This document shows, piece by piece, positions 14,320-25,878 of a stretch of 64,000 nt of DNA (the stretch's first letter is position 1; each line of letters opens with the position of its first letter). A program made the translations under genes and the position numbers. Location: the NCBI RefSeq assembly GCF_009914755.1, contig NC_060944.1. One strand, given 5' to 3'. The notes below the pieces were generated by a model. The model made no database searches. It saw nothing but the letters and a program-made list of their open reading frames with translations, and was not told the origin of the DNA. Source of the stretch: the human T2T-CHM13v2.0 reference genome, Homo sapiens.

Positions 14320-14780
14320 AATCAATAAATACCTACTTGAACCCCCTACTAGGAGCCAGATTGTGTACTAGGTACTGGGGATACAGTAAGGGAACCAAAC
14401 CAGATATGGTCCCCAGCCTCCTGGAGCTCTCCTGGGAGAAAGAGAGCTTAATCTAATTAATCTCATAACAACATGTAAAATCACGTCTGATGTTTTGAGA
14501 GAGAGGTATATGGTATTAAGAAAGCTTATGATAGGGGATTTAACATAGTGAGGGATGGCATCCAGAAGCGAATGATAACTGAAATGAAAGAAGGATCTGA
14601 AGGAGTTGGAGAAATAAAAAGAGTTATGTTGTAGTAGGAAGGGAATTCTAGGCAGGTGGCACAGCCTGTGCAAAAGCTCAGCAACTGGAAAAGAACATGA
14701 ACGTTATGTGACAGGAAGATAGAGTGGTTGGAAAAGACTGAATGAGAGGGACATGATGGACAATGAGTAGGAAGGAGTGC
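14320..14780 (-). mobile_element. L2 LINE 3' fragment
   Basis: atcaataaatacctacttgaac...ctaggtactggggatacag...attctaggcaggtggcacagcctgtgcaaaagctc. Confidence 0.65.
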
Positions 14781-14814
14781 TCAGGGAGTGACAGACCTGA
14801 CACTGTAAACAATT

Positions 14815-15720
14815 CAGACGTGGATTTACTGAGAAGCTAATAGCATTTAAATTTCAAGAACTCTCATTTGCATTGGGGCTTTCAAGAACACTTGAACAAG
14901 GGCATGAATGTTGTCAACTCAGTTTTCTTTTCTTTCCTGTTTTTTTTTTTTTTGAGACGGAGTTTCACTCTTGTTGCCTTGTTGCCCAGGCTGGAGTGCA
15001 GTGGCGTGATCTCGGCTCACCACAACCTCTGCCTCCCGGGTTCAAACGATTCTCTGCCTCAGCCTCCCAAGTAGCTAGGATTACAGGCATGTGCCATCAC
15101 ACCGGCCAATTTTGTATTTTTAGTAGAGACAGGGTTTCTTCATGTTGATCAGGCTGGTCTCGACCTCCCAACCTCAGGTGATCCACCTGCCTTGGCCTCC
15201 CAAAATGCTGGGATTACAGGCATGAGCCACTGTACCCGACCACAAACAGTTTTAAGCTTACTGATTACACAAGAAAACTTTTGAAATGTCCTGAAATCTC
15301 ACAGCTCATCTATAAAATAAACTGGATAGGAAATTTTTAAAATTTGTCCACAATCCTAAAAATTTAGGTGGCGTTGCCAATATTAAAGCTGCGAAGCTGA
15401 AGGATACCAGTTTTACTCCACCACACCAGAGGGAAAATATTTCAGAAAGTCTGAGTTCCTTTTCTTTTCTTTCTATAGAAAATGACATTACAAGCTCATT
15501 ATCATATGAAGAGGAGATCAAAGACTATGCCGGCAACAAAATGTAGGAAAAATTGTTATAGAGTTGTATCAGTCTGCTAATTAACAAAAATATGCTATTT
15601 TTCAGGAGTTTGTAATGTTAGTGGTATCTGCCACTTTAACAAATTGTAGTTTATGAGTTATTTTCATATTCTAAATACATATTCAAGTTTGTGTCTAATT
15701 TTGAATGCAGAATTTTGTGT
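14815..15720 (+). mobile_element. hAT-Tip100 DNA transposon relic (Arthur1/MER69-like), split by an Alu
   Basis: Terminus cagacgtggatttactgagaagctaatagc; 15451-15546 translates LSSFSFLSIENDITSSLSYEEEIKDYAGNKM*, resembling a hAT transposase C-terminal dimerisation region. Confidence 0.6.
14923..15241 (-). mobile_element. AluS (Sq/Sp-like)
   Basis: Full antisense Alu, gagacggagtttcactcttgttgcc; internal 8-bp duplication ttgttgcc-ttgttgcc; degraded TSD caactcagtttt/caaacagtttt. Confidence 0.95.
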
Positions 15721-16320
15721 TCTTAACTGACTGCCCACTGTTAGTCATTGACCACTACTATCAATCTTCCGTCCTATTTCCAGGGTTATAATTTTGAAGT
15801 ATAAATCATTACCAGGTCTCTCCAACTCTTAAAACCCTTCCCTTGTATGAGTGGGTGGTACCAGGCCCCTAGAGATGATCTTTCTAGACTCAGCTCTCAG
15901 CACTGGGTGGATTCATTCATGTTCAGGCAGAGCGGTATGATTAACAGAGAGGCTGGGACACAGGGTGCCCTTGCTCCTCCCTCATCCTTATCGGAGGATC
16001 TTCCCAATGTATCTGGCTTCAGGCCAATATTGAGGGTTCCACATAGAGGCAGGGAGAGAACACTGGACTGTAGATCTCAGTTTGAAGTCAGCCTCTCTCA
16101 CATACTACGTAGTCAAGTTTCTGAGTGTGTAAACCAGACCAAAGACTCTGGAAAGATCTGCACGTAAACAGTGCTTGACAGAAAGGCAGCAGCAGACTAC
16201 TAAAGATATAAGATCGCCTTAGTAGCCTCAGTAGCAAGCAAAATGGAAGATATCTGTACTGAGGCAAGAAACGCAAAGCAGGAGATGATCTGTAAGGCTG
16301 TCATAGGGACACACAGCTTA

Positions 16321-17500
16321 TTTTTTTGGTAGTGGAACATTTTAAAAACTTAATGCATAAACATATGACCTTTTATTAAAGAGAAATTTTATGTATTGGT
16401 GGATAAGGCCAATGGTTACATGTACTGGATGCTTTAAAAATTAGAACCAATTAGAGTAGATTCTTTATTCTCTTGGTTACATTGTGAAGTGTCTTTTATG
16501 GTCATATGCTGTGGTTGGAATGACAGTGTGCACATATTTCAAGAAAATTAGAAGATACACGTGAACACCAAATGTTCTCCCCTTTTTTCTGCAGTAGTCT
16601 TAATGATTTTCTCCATTATCTCATAGGAGGTGGAGGGAGATTGGTGGAGGGATTTTCAGTGGTCACTGTTTTCTTCACATGGTCTTGAATGATGTCTTTA
16701 TACATGTGTTCAGCTGTGAAAATCTGCTGTTCCTCATCATAGCCAAAAAACCATAGTTGTGCCATCTGGTAATATTTACCATATGTGATGTAAAGGTCAC
16801 AAGTTTTGGTTTGCAAAAGAGCATCTTCACCTCCAACATCACTTTAAGCTTTACAAGCTTCTACTATTTTCCTTTCATCTAGGGTAGCTTTATCTGCTTC
16901 CAGCAACCCACTCTCTTCATATTATTCCATAAATGTAGATTTTCCTTCATCTTTTTCTTCTTCCTCTCATAAGACTGAGCAGTTTTCGAGTTTTATACCA
17001 TTTTTGCTTGCAAGTATAATCTCCTCAACCTATTTGTTTATTCCTGCAATTCCTGTGCTGTGATGTGTATCTACCCATGCCCTACCACCATCATCTTCAG
17101 TGATAGCTTCCAATTCACCTGAATATGCCATCTGTTTTGACTGGATGTAGCACGCCACATTTTTGGCTACCAAAAATTATTTGCCTGTTGGTAGCTATGC
17201 CTCTCTTTTCAGTTCTTCCCCTGTAGCCCATTGCTGTGTCGGGCAGTGGACAGCTAAGTGATCTCCAGCTGCCATAAACTCTTTTGGGGTGGTAACAGCT
17301 GTTTCCTTAAACTGATTCCTTGAGAATTAGGTCAGGTATTCAGTTACTTCTAATGCCTTTCCTTCACCATATTAATCAATTCTGGATGGATGCTGGGGCT
17401 GGAGTAGTGGCCAGCCCCACAATGGGATGGGAAAGGTACCTAAGACAGAGGCCAGGGAGTCAGTGCCCCCGTGACATGAATTTGCATCACATGACACATC
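16321..17500 (-). pseudogene. ATG3P1: Processed pseudogene of ATG3 (E2-like autophagy enzyme); coding remnant 17387-16477 plus UTR remnants
   Basis: ORF 16616-16816 [59 protein letters not shown] matches ATG3 [51 protein letters not shown]. The 5' end reads ATC CAG AAT (ATG lost) and the 3' end ...AGA CAC TTC ACA ATG TAA (RHFTM*). Intronless, several stops and frameshifts, AATAAA at ~16372-16377, short A tail at 16321-16327. The parent gene is secure; the P1 symbol is from memory. Confidence 0.95.
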
Positions 17501-18410
17501 AATATGATGTGAGGACTCTGCAGGTTTTTGAGGCATCTTCTGCCATTCTCAGGGGCAAAGAGATCATGAAATATACAAAAATGCCATCAAACCCTTAAAC
17601 CAAAGCATCACAGTTATCTGTTGTAGATGTATGGAGAAGTGAAATACCCTAAATACTGCCCAAATCATTGAATACAAGTTTTGATTCCCAGGATTATAGG
17701 TTCTTAAAATTGAGAAATTAAAAGTCACTTAGGATGACAAAATAATTTGTTGTTCGAATAGTGAAGAACAATTTTGAGAGTAAAAGCAGGAGTTCTTTAC
17801 GGTTATGTCAGGACAGCAGACATAAACTGGAAATTCTCTGGGCACACCAGGATGAGTGCTTGCCTTGTTCAGACCTCCTATTTGGAGGAAGTTAGTTTTT
17901 GATTTGCAAGCATATCCAGTGTTCGTTCAGTGTTCCTTGCACAGCCACTGGTCCTCAGCTATGTGGGAGGATCAAGTCAATGCCATCCCATTCCTACCTT
18001 GGTGCTATACAGAATCAACCAGACAGAAGGAATTTACCTGGAGGCCATCAATTTGGGGGTCCTCTTGGTATCTTTTTACTTTTCTAGAATTTGCAGCAAC
18101 ATGCCTGCTTGCTAACCAGTACACAGAACCTCAGTGCATTCTAGAACGTTTATTGCAAGGCCAAATATGTTAGCAGTCACTTCCAGAAGATCCCTTGGTA
18201 ATTTACCCAGACATCCCAGAAGTCCTCTTTCCCCCAAGCCCCTCAGCTACCTTTTTCTCTGGATAGTTCTAACACTGACCTGGATCTGAAACCTATAGTT
18301 CCAACTCCACTTTTCCAGAGACACTTCACTCCTAGAGTTCATTGGATTAGAATAAGCTTTTTTTTCAATTTACCAGAGATGGTAAATTGGGCAAAGACAT
18401 TCATTTAAGC

Positions 18411-18633
18411 CAATGGTTCTCAACTGGGGGTGATTCCATTCTCCCTTGCCCAAGGACTTTTGCAATGTCTAAAGACATTTTTGATCACTATGACTTGAGT
18501 GGGTGAATGAAGCAACTGACATCTGATGGGTAGAGGCCACCAGTTCTGTGGAACCACATTGCACAGAATAGCCCTTCACCTTTCCCCAATAATTATCCCA
18601 TCCAAATGTCAGATTCCAGGTTGAGAGACTCTG
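18411..18633. mobile_element. MER20 (hAT-Charlie)
   Basis: caatggttctcaactggggg...gttgagagactctg; 8-bp TSD atttaagc/atttaagt. Confidence 0.85.
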
Positions 18634-18929
18634 ATTTAAGTCAATGAATAAACACTCGAAAAGGGAATAAAATGACTATGTAGTGGTACTCACATTCCTC
18701 AATATTACCCCCAAATGAGCAACTTCCTTTATGTACACTACCTCCTTTATAAATAAACTGATAAATTGTCATAAAGTCTTGTAACTTAAGTAGTAGAGAG
18801 CTTTTCTCTGTTAGATTTAACTGAGAAGTTGACTTCTTTATCTTACAACTTTGCAAATTGTTACAGTGATTTTGAGCAAAATTCAATGCTACTCCTACTT
18901 CTGATTCTTCTAGTGCTGCTGCTAAACAG

Positions 18930-19165
18930 TAACGATGTATTGAATGTTTACTACATACCAGGCACTATGCTAAGCACTTATCATATGTTATCTCACCTCC
19001 CAACAATCTTGTGAGCTAGGTACTATTACCATTGAACTTTACTCCTGAAGAAACTGAGGGTTATAAAGGTCAAGGGACTTCCCCAACGTCATCAATTTGC
19101 TAACTGAGAAAGAAAGGTGTATGAGTCCAGGTATATCTGTCTCCAGAGCATGCAGACTTAGATGC
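18930..19165 (-). mobile_element. MIR SINE
   Basis: tattgaatgtttactacataccaggcactatgctaagcac...gaagaaactgagggttataaaggtcaagggacttcccc. Confidence 0.7.
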
Positions 19166-19377
19166 TATCCTTGACTCCCTTTCTCAAAGCAATTCCATTG
19201 ATAGATTCTGTGTGTTTGATGTCATTAGTAAGCAGTGAAGAATTGCTGAGGGAAGCTTCTTGAAAAAAAAAAAAAAGGATCAGATTCGGAAGTTGGCTTA
19301 CTGTGACAACAGGACTACTCCCAGTCTAGCTTGTCCATGAAGCTGCTGCCATTTATGCTGCAGAATGAAGAGCTCTT

Positions 19378-19802
19378 ATAGTAGATTATAAAAATGGCCA
19401 CAATATTATGTAGCTTCTTCCATAAAGAGGTATTTCTCCACTCCATTAATCAGGACTGCTTTTTGCCTTCCTTTTGGCCAATAGAATGCAACAGAAATGA
19501 CTTTTTATGAATTATGAGCCTGGGCCTCTGCTTTCGTCTCTTAGAACCTGCCACTACCAAATAAACAAGCCTAGGCTAGTCTGGTGGATGGGTAGAGACA
19601 TATGGTCACCCCACTGACCACCAGCCAACCCACAGAAGCAGAGGCATTTAGTCATGATCAGCAGCCAATCATGATGTATGGGGAATCCCAACCAAGATCA
19701 GCAGAAGAACTTCCAACCTGAGCCCAAAGCAAATTGTTGACCCATAGAATTGCTGTTTTAAGTTTTGGAGGAGTTTGTTATATGGTAAAAGGTAACTAAC
19801 AC
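19378..19802 (+). mobile_element. MLT1-type MaLR LTR
   Basis: gtagattataaaaatggccac...ttttggccaatagaatg...gttttggaggagtttgttatatggtaaaaggtaactaaca. Confidence 0.7.
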
Positions 19803-19954
19803 TCATGTAAGGTGTCTACGTAGTCTTCAGGCTCTCAGGCCTAGAAGAAAAAAGTGTCTTAGACTTTTGGGATAAAATATCCAAGAAGCCCTTGCATATA
19901 TGTCCTAGGGGTTTGGGGAAGACAGAAGGCCTATTCAGGATAGGGTGAATTTAA

Positions 19955-20810
19955 AACCTAGTTGCCAAATTCTTTGACACTGCTCCAATTGAAATGGGAG
20001 GTTGTGCACTTTAACCTTGGATCTGAGTACTGTGATTGCTTGATCAACAGAATATGGTGAAAGTTACACTGTGTTAGTTTCTGGGCCCAGGCCTTAAGAA
20101 ACTGGTAGTTTCCACCTACTGTCTCTTGGAACACTCATTCTTGGAACTCAGCCACCACGTTATAAGGAAGGCTAAGTAGCCCGTTGAGTGGCCCATGGGA
20201 TGAGAAACATGTGGAGAAGAATAGAAACCCTTGGCTGGCCCTCAGCCTTGACTGAGCTCTCAGATGACAGTCTTGTGAGTGAGCCACTTCGAAGTGGATA
20301 TTCTAGGCCCCAGTCAAGCTGCCCAGCTGATGCTGCAAGGAGCAGAGATGGGCCTTCCCTGTGCAGTCCTGAGCAAATGTACATTTGTGAACTAAATACA
20401 GATGCTCTTTGACTTATGATGGAGCTACATCCCAATAAAACCACTGTAGGTTGGAAACATCATAAGTTGAAGATGCATTTAATACACCTAGTCTACATCA
20501 TAGCTTAGCCTCTTCTACTTTAAATGTGCTCGGAACACATATTATCCTAATGTTGGGCAAAAGTCATCTAACACAAAGTCCATAAATCAAGTGTTGAATA
20601 TCTCATGTAATTTATTGAATACCATGCTGAAAGTAAAAAACAGAGTGGTTGAATGGGTACTTGAAGGACGGTTTTTACTGGGTGTGTATTACTTTCACAC
20701 CATTATGAAGTTGAAAAATTGTAAGTGGAACCACCATAGTTGAGAAGCATCTGGAAATGATTTAATCCACCAAGTTGGGAGGTGGTTTGCTATGCACCAA
20801 TAAATAACTG
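19955..20810 (+). mobile_element. MLT1-type MaLR LTR interrupted by MER47A
   Basis: ccaaattctttgacactgctcc...ctgggcccaggccttaagaaactggtagtttccac; resumes ccaccaagttgggaggtggtttgctatgcaccaataaataactg. Confidence 0.7.
20399..20753 (+). mobile_element. MER47A-like Tigger (TcMar) DNA transposon
   Basis: TA|cagatgctctttgacttatgatgg...ccaccatagttgagaagcatctg terminal inverted repeats. Confidence 0.85.
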
Positions 20811-22065
20811 GAGGGATCCTGGAGACATGAGATTCTCCAAAAACGTGGTGAATGCTTTGCTTTGGGGGATGAACAAAGGGCCTTTCTCCCAGCAGAGTGC
20901 TTGAGGGCCTGTTTTATCTTTCTCGTAGCACTTACTGTCACCACACATGTGCTTGCTTATTCAAGAGGCTAAGCAATGAAAAAGCAGGGACTGTGTTCTC
21001 ATCACTACTATATGCCCAGGATCTAGAACAGAGTCCGACACACAGTAGGTGCTGAAGAAGTAGCTGTGGAATGAATGCAAAGATGGAAGACAGAGAGTTG
21101 ACACAATGCTCAGTTCTGATTTTGTGCCAGGACTTTTACTTACAGAATTTTATGTAATTTCAACCTTCAGAGAAAGACATTCTTCCTATCTTACAGATAA
21201 GGATACTCTGGCACTAAGAAAGGAAATGATTTGTACAATATCAGACAACTATTAGGTGGGTAAACCTGGGTCCTAACCCAGGTTTTTTGAATCTGTATCT
21301 TAAACTCTTCCTACAATGCTGTGGTGCTTTCCTCTTTTGGGCCCAGATGTCCCTACGAGGACCTAATAAGGGTATTTTTTACACACAGCCTGCACACACA
21401 CATGCACACACATTCATACACACAATGGTTGCATATACTTTCAGGACTCACAGACTCTTGGTATAAAAGAACCCTTTTCTTATGCCATGAAAAGGAAAGG
21501 CACCTGGTTCTTACAGACTTTTGCTTTGTGCCTTTTCTTCAGCTAAATTGAGTTATTAACTAATTATGGCTTGTGAAGTCCTCGGAAAATACTAAATATG
21601 GTTATTAGTGAAGCTTTGATTTTAGAGAACAGCAAGGGAGTCCTGAATAAGCAAATAACAGTTGTGTAGGGAGGCTGGCAGCCGACGACATGCTGCGGTG
21701 TATAATCAAACTCTGCGAGGCTGTCAAAGGTACTTCAGCTCACTGCTTGCTACATTGGTCCTTACTGGGAGTTTATACATTTTCAGAGAACAGGATTCAT
21801 TACTAATTGATTGATTTTCTAAGGCTCCCCATGTTTCATCTTCCAGCATCTATTTAACCTTTATTCTGCACTCCGCCCCCAAACCAACTCTTTTACTCAC
21901 AGCAGATAACTCTACCTCTTCTTAGAAAAAATAGAAGCTCCACCTGAATTTCATCCCTGCACCCCCAAATATTTCCATCTAGATTATTATTACATCTTTC
22001 TTGGCGTACATCTAGATTACATACCATCTAGCCCTGCTTGCCCCCCTTTCAGACTATGCCCCCTT

Positions 22066-22242
22066 CAGAACTGGCTTTATGCACATGTGACTTGTGCAGT
22101 CACACAGGACTCCACTGTCAGAAAGGCCCCTTGTGAAGACGATGCTCTGTTATTGTCACCTTGAAATTTTTCATAATTTTTGAACAAGGGGCCCCATATT
22201 TTTATCTTGCACTGAGCCCTACAAATTACAGAGCCAGTCCTG
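22066..22242. mobile_element. MER91-like hAT-Tip100 MITE
   Basis: TIRs cagaactggct/agccagtcctg; internal tgtgacttgtgcagtcaca and ggggccccatatttt. Confidence 0.65.
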
Positions 22243-24659
22243 CCCACTTCCAGTTGAATGTTTGATGTGAATCCTTCCAGTTATAACTGTGCATGTTGCT
22301 CCAAAGACCTCACTTCATCAATAATGTCTTGTTCTTTCAACTGTTCCCACTATACTCACTGACAACTTTCAGTCTACAATTCCTCATCCAAAAGAAATGA
22401 GCAAAATTCCTCTGATCAAGGTAATGACTGTCAGTTCTATATTGGGATATTTTTAGGGGGTTTCAAGGGACAGAAACCTAAGTGAAACTAGTTTAAGTGA
22501 AACAAGGATGTTTATTATATTACATGAACAAATTGTGGAAGAGGCAGGAGTGGAGCTGGCTACAGGGACAACAGGACTCTAAGATGTCACCCCTCTTCAT
22601 CTGTATTCGTGTCCCCATGCTAGTGTTTTTCTTTCAGTTATTTTTCCATGTGATGGAAACTTGTCTGTAGGTAGTGCCAGACCAGATTCCTGCGGCTTGG
22701 CATCAAAGAGAAAAGGGACCATTGTCATCTAGTTTGAATAAATACAAAATCTGATGAAGAGTTCTAATTGTCTCTACTTGGGTCATGAGTTTATTCTTGG
22801 ACCAGTCGCTGTCACCTGTGAAAAGGGGCACTCTGATTGGCTGTTGAGATCTGAATCTCATTGTTGGAGTTCTGGGAGAGCAGTTCTCTATGGGAAGGTG
22901 AGCATGATCATGGGAAGACAGAGCAATCAGTGTCTACCCTGGACCCCTTCTACCCAGAATCTCGGCTCTCTCTTTTTCCCTTCATGGTCAATGCCATTGC
23001 AAAGCCATCTATTTGAAAAATAGTCTACATTCACTCACCTGACTTCTTCACCTCCCACCACCTCTAAATATTTTTATTGTCTCTCTGAAACTGCCTTTGT
23101 CAAGATCATCACTGGTTTCCTTGTGGTCAAATCTATAGGTAAATTTTTAATGACCTCTTATTCACTTCCTTGCAATATGTTGCATCTGGTTATTCTTTCT
23201 TAGGAAATCTCTCCTTTCTTGTTTTTTATTTTTTCCTGGGCTTTGTTCTCCTTGTCTTTCAAACCAGCTCCTCCAAGGTCTGTCTTTTATTGATCTCAGT
23301 TTCCCTGTTTCTGGGCTTGTCTCCTGATCGGGTTCTTTAACATGTCCCATGAATCTGCCACGGATAGCTTCTCTTATCCCTGATATACCGTGCCTACTAG
23401 TGCTGACCATATTTTGCCAATTCAGTCATCCAGGAGAGAAAAAACGGTGAAATGGGTTTGGTTCAGGGTGTATGGCTATTAACAAGAAAATAATGAGAAG
23501 AATTCCAACAATTATTAAAAAGGTAGAATCACTTGGACTTGATGATAGGTTGGAAATGGAGAGAAAGAGAGAGGGAGAGGCTGAAAATACCTTTTAAATT
23601 TCTGGCTTGGGACTAGGTGGTGGATGCTGCCATTCACAAAATAAGGGCAGTAAGTGTGCATGTGATTAAATGTACATGCTTTTGAGTTCCGGGATGCCTA
23701 CTTGGGTGTACATACACATACGTGTATAGTACATGCTTATGTGAATGTACTTGTCTTTTTGTGAGTGAGGACTTTTGAGCAGTTGGAGGTGTGGAGAGCA
23801 TGTGGTATAAGTCAAGGTATGCATGTGTGCAGGGTGGTCAGGAAATGAAGACATTCGCATATGTCCACAGGCATAGAGGTCTTGAGTCCCACCAGCTGTG
23901 TACCCCAGAGCCTGTAGTTCTGAGGAATAGCCCTGGGCAACAAGGACCAACACATTCTCTTAGCTTATCACCAGTCTGTTCCTTACATTGTGCCTGCTTT
24001 AAGAAGTCACACAGCATGGAGTGTGCTTAATTAAATTCCACTACAACTTTAAAAAGAGCTAATTGTAGTTGTTAGAAACATCAGGTGCACATTGGCTGAT
24101 AGAAGGAGACGGGATGAAAGGTTGAACCTTTTCTGTAATCCTTCTCACCTGCCCTGGATCTGAACTTTTATCAGTCTGGGGAAATGGGCTTATGGTGTAT
24201 TCAGTATTGATTCCTGCCATCTTGTTGATTTGCAACTCTGGAGGAGGGTTGAGCCTGCCACTGGAGCTAAAGAATTCCAGTTTTGGAGCAACATCAGGGC
24301 AGATGAGGGCTTTCTGGATCCAGAAATGGGAAGAAGGTGGGGACAGAGTCAAAGAAGGTAGGGGCATATGGAGGCAGTTTTACACTTATTACTCTCTCCT
24401 TTTTGGTATCAAATTTATTTTAGGGAAACACAAACCATCCTCTTTTGTCTACTCTCCACTTCTGTCAGTTCTTATCTTCAGTTTCCTCACATGTAATGTA
24501 ATGTTAATAATGATATCTATTACATTGGGATATTTTGAAGATTGGAAGTAACAGACGCAAATCACCTATGGCCCAGGGCATACCACCTGTTGCTCCCCAC
24601 CAGTGGGTTGTGGTAGTGATTGTGGCAGCAGTAATTGTAGTAGCTGTGTGGTGACTACT

Positions 24660-24953
24660 AAAAGTAGCCACAGATGATTGTTGAACACTTAAAATGTGGC
24701 TAGTTCAAATGACACGTGCTGTAAGTGTAAAATACACGCTGGATTTTGAAGACTTGGCATAAGAAAGGTAAAATATCATCAATAATTTTTATGTTGATTA
24801 CATCTTGTCATGATACTATTTGGGAGATATTGAGGTAAATGGAAATATAGTATTAAAATTAATTTCATCTGTTTCTTTTTACATTATTAAAATGTACTCG
24901 TAAATTTAAATTTATATATGTGGGTTTTATTGTGTTTCTGTTGGACAGTGCTG
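24660..24953. mobile_element. MER33-like hAT-Charlie element
   Basis: cacttaaaatgtggctagttcaaat..gtgctgtaagtgtaaaatacac...tttctgttggacagtgctg. Confidence 0.75.
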
Positions 24954-25174
24954 TTCTAGAGAATTCAGGCAAGAGGTAGTAATCATCAGTTCCAGAAGTA
25001 CTGAATTCTTCTGGAGTACAGGGATGAGGCTGATAACTCCAGGGATGGAGGCTACTGAGATCAAGTTTGACCTCTAATTGCTGGAGGTATCATGCAGAAA
25101 AAAATGCTCAGACACAGGGCCTCAAGACAGAGGCCCTGTCCCCTACCCACTTGACACTACCCCAGCTTGCTTAT

Positions 25175-25878
25175 GGACACCATCATCTCTTGCCTGGATG
25201 GCTCTCACAGCTTTCTTCTAACTGGTCTTTCTTCTAACAGCTTTCTTCTAACTGATCTTTCTGCATGTCTCCAAGAATCTAGTTTTCTGTCACTCCTAAC
25301 AGCCAGAGTGATTTTTAAAAATACCTGATTCTACTCAAAGAGATTCATTTAAATCCCTTTCAGGCAGTCTTTTTGGAATTAAATCTAAGGTCCTTGCAAG
25401 CCTGGCCTGGAAGGTCCTCCATGATCTGCTCTCCTGCCTCAATTTCCTCCATTCTCTGCTTCACTCATATTGCATGTTGCTGCCTCATGAGCCTTCATTC
25501 ACTAAAACATGCCAGCTGCTTTCCTGTCTCAGGGACTTTGCACATGCCATTTCTTCTGCCTGCAACATTCTTGCCTAACACCTCACATAGCTGGTACCTT
25601 CTCATGCTTCAGGTCTCAGTTCAACACATCATCTCCTCTAAGAAATCTTCTTCATCCACATTCTCTAAGTGCCCTAGTTTCCCTCCTACTACCATGTTCT
25701 TTTTGCTCATTCCATTATCACCATTTGATATTAATGTGATTACTCATTCAATCTTTCAGTCATCACTATGCTGTAAGCTCCATGCAATGGGTCCATGTCT
25801 GTGTTGTATCCAATAGCACAGAGGCTGTCATATAGGAGGCACTTGGGAAATACTTGCTAGAAAAAGAATAAATAAATG
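25175..25878 (+). mobile_element. L2 LINE 3' end
   Basis: caccatcatctcttgcctgga...cagccagagtgattttt...ctcagggactttgcacatgc...aaatacttgctagaaaaagaataaataaatg. Confidence 0.75.

Noticed and set aside
9063-20753. Long-range inverted repeat between 9.1-9.4 kb and 20.4-20.75 kb
   Set aside because: Two independent MER47A-like insertions in different host repeats.
25373-25816. 147-aa ORF
   Set aside because: Lies within an L2 3' end and starts at a non-ATG codon; chance frame.
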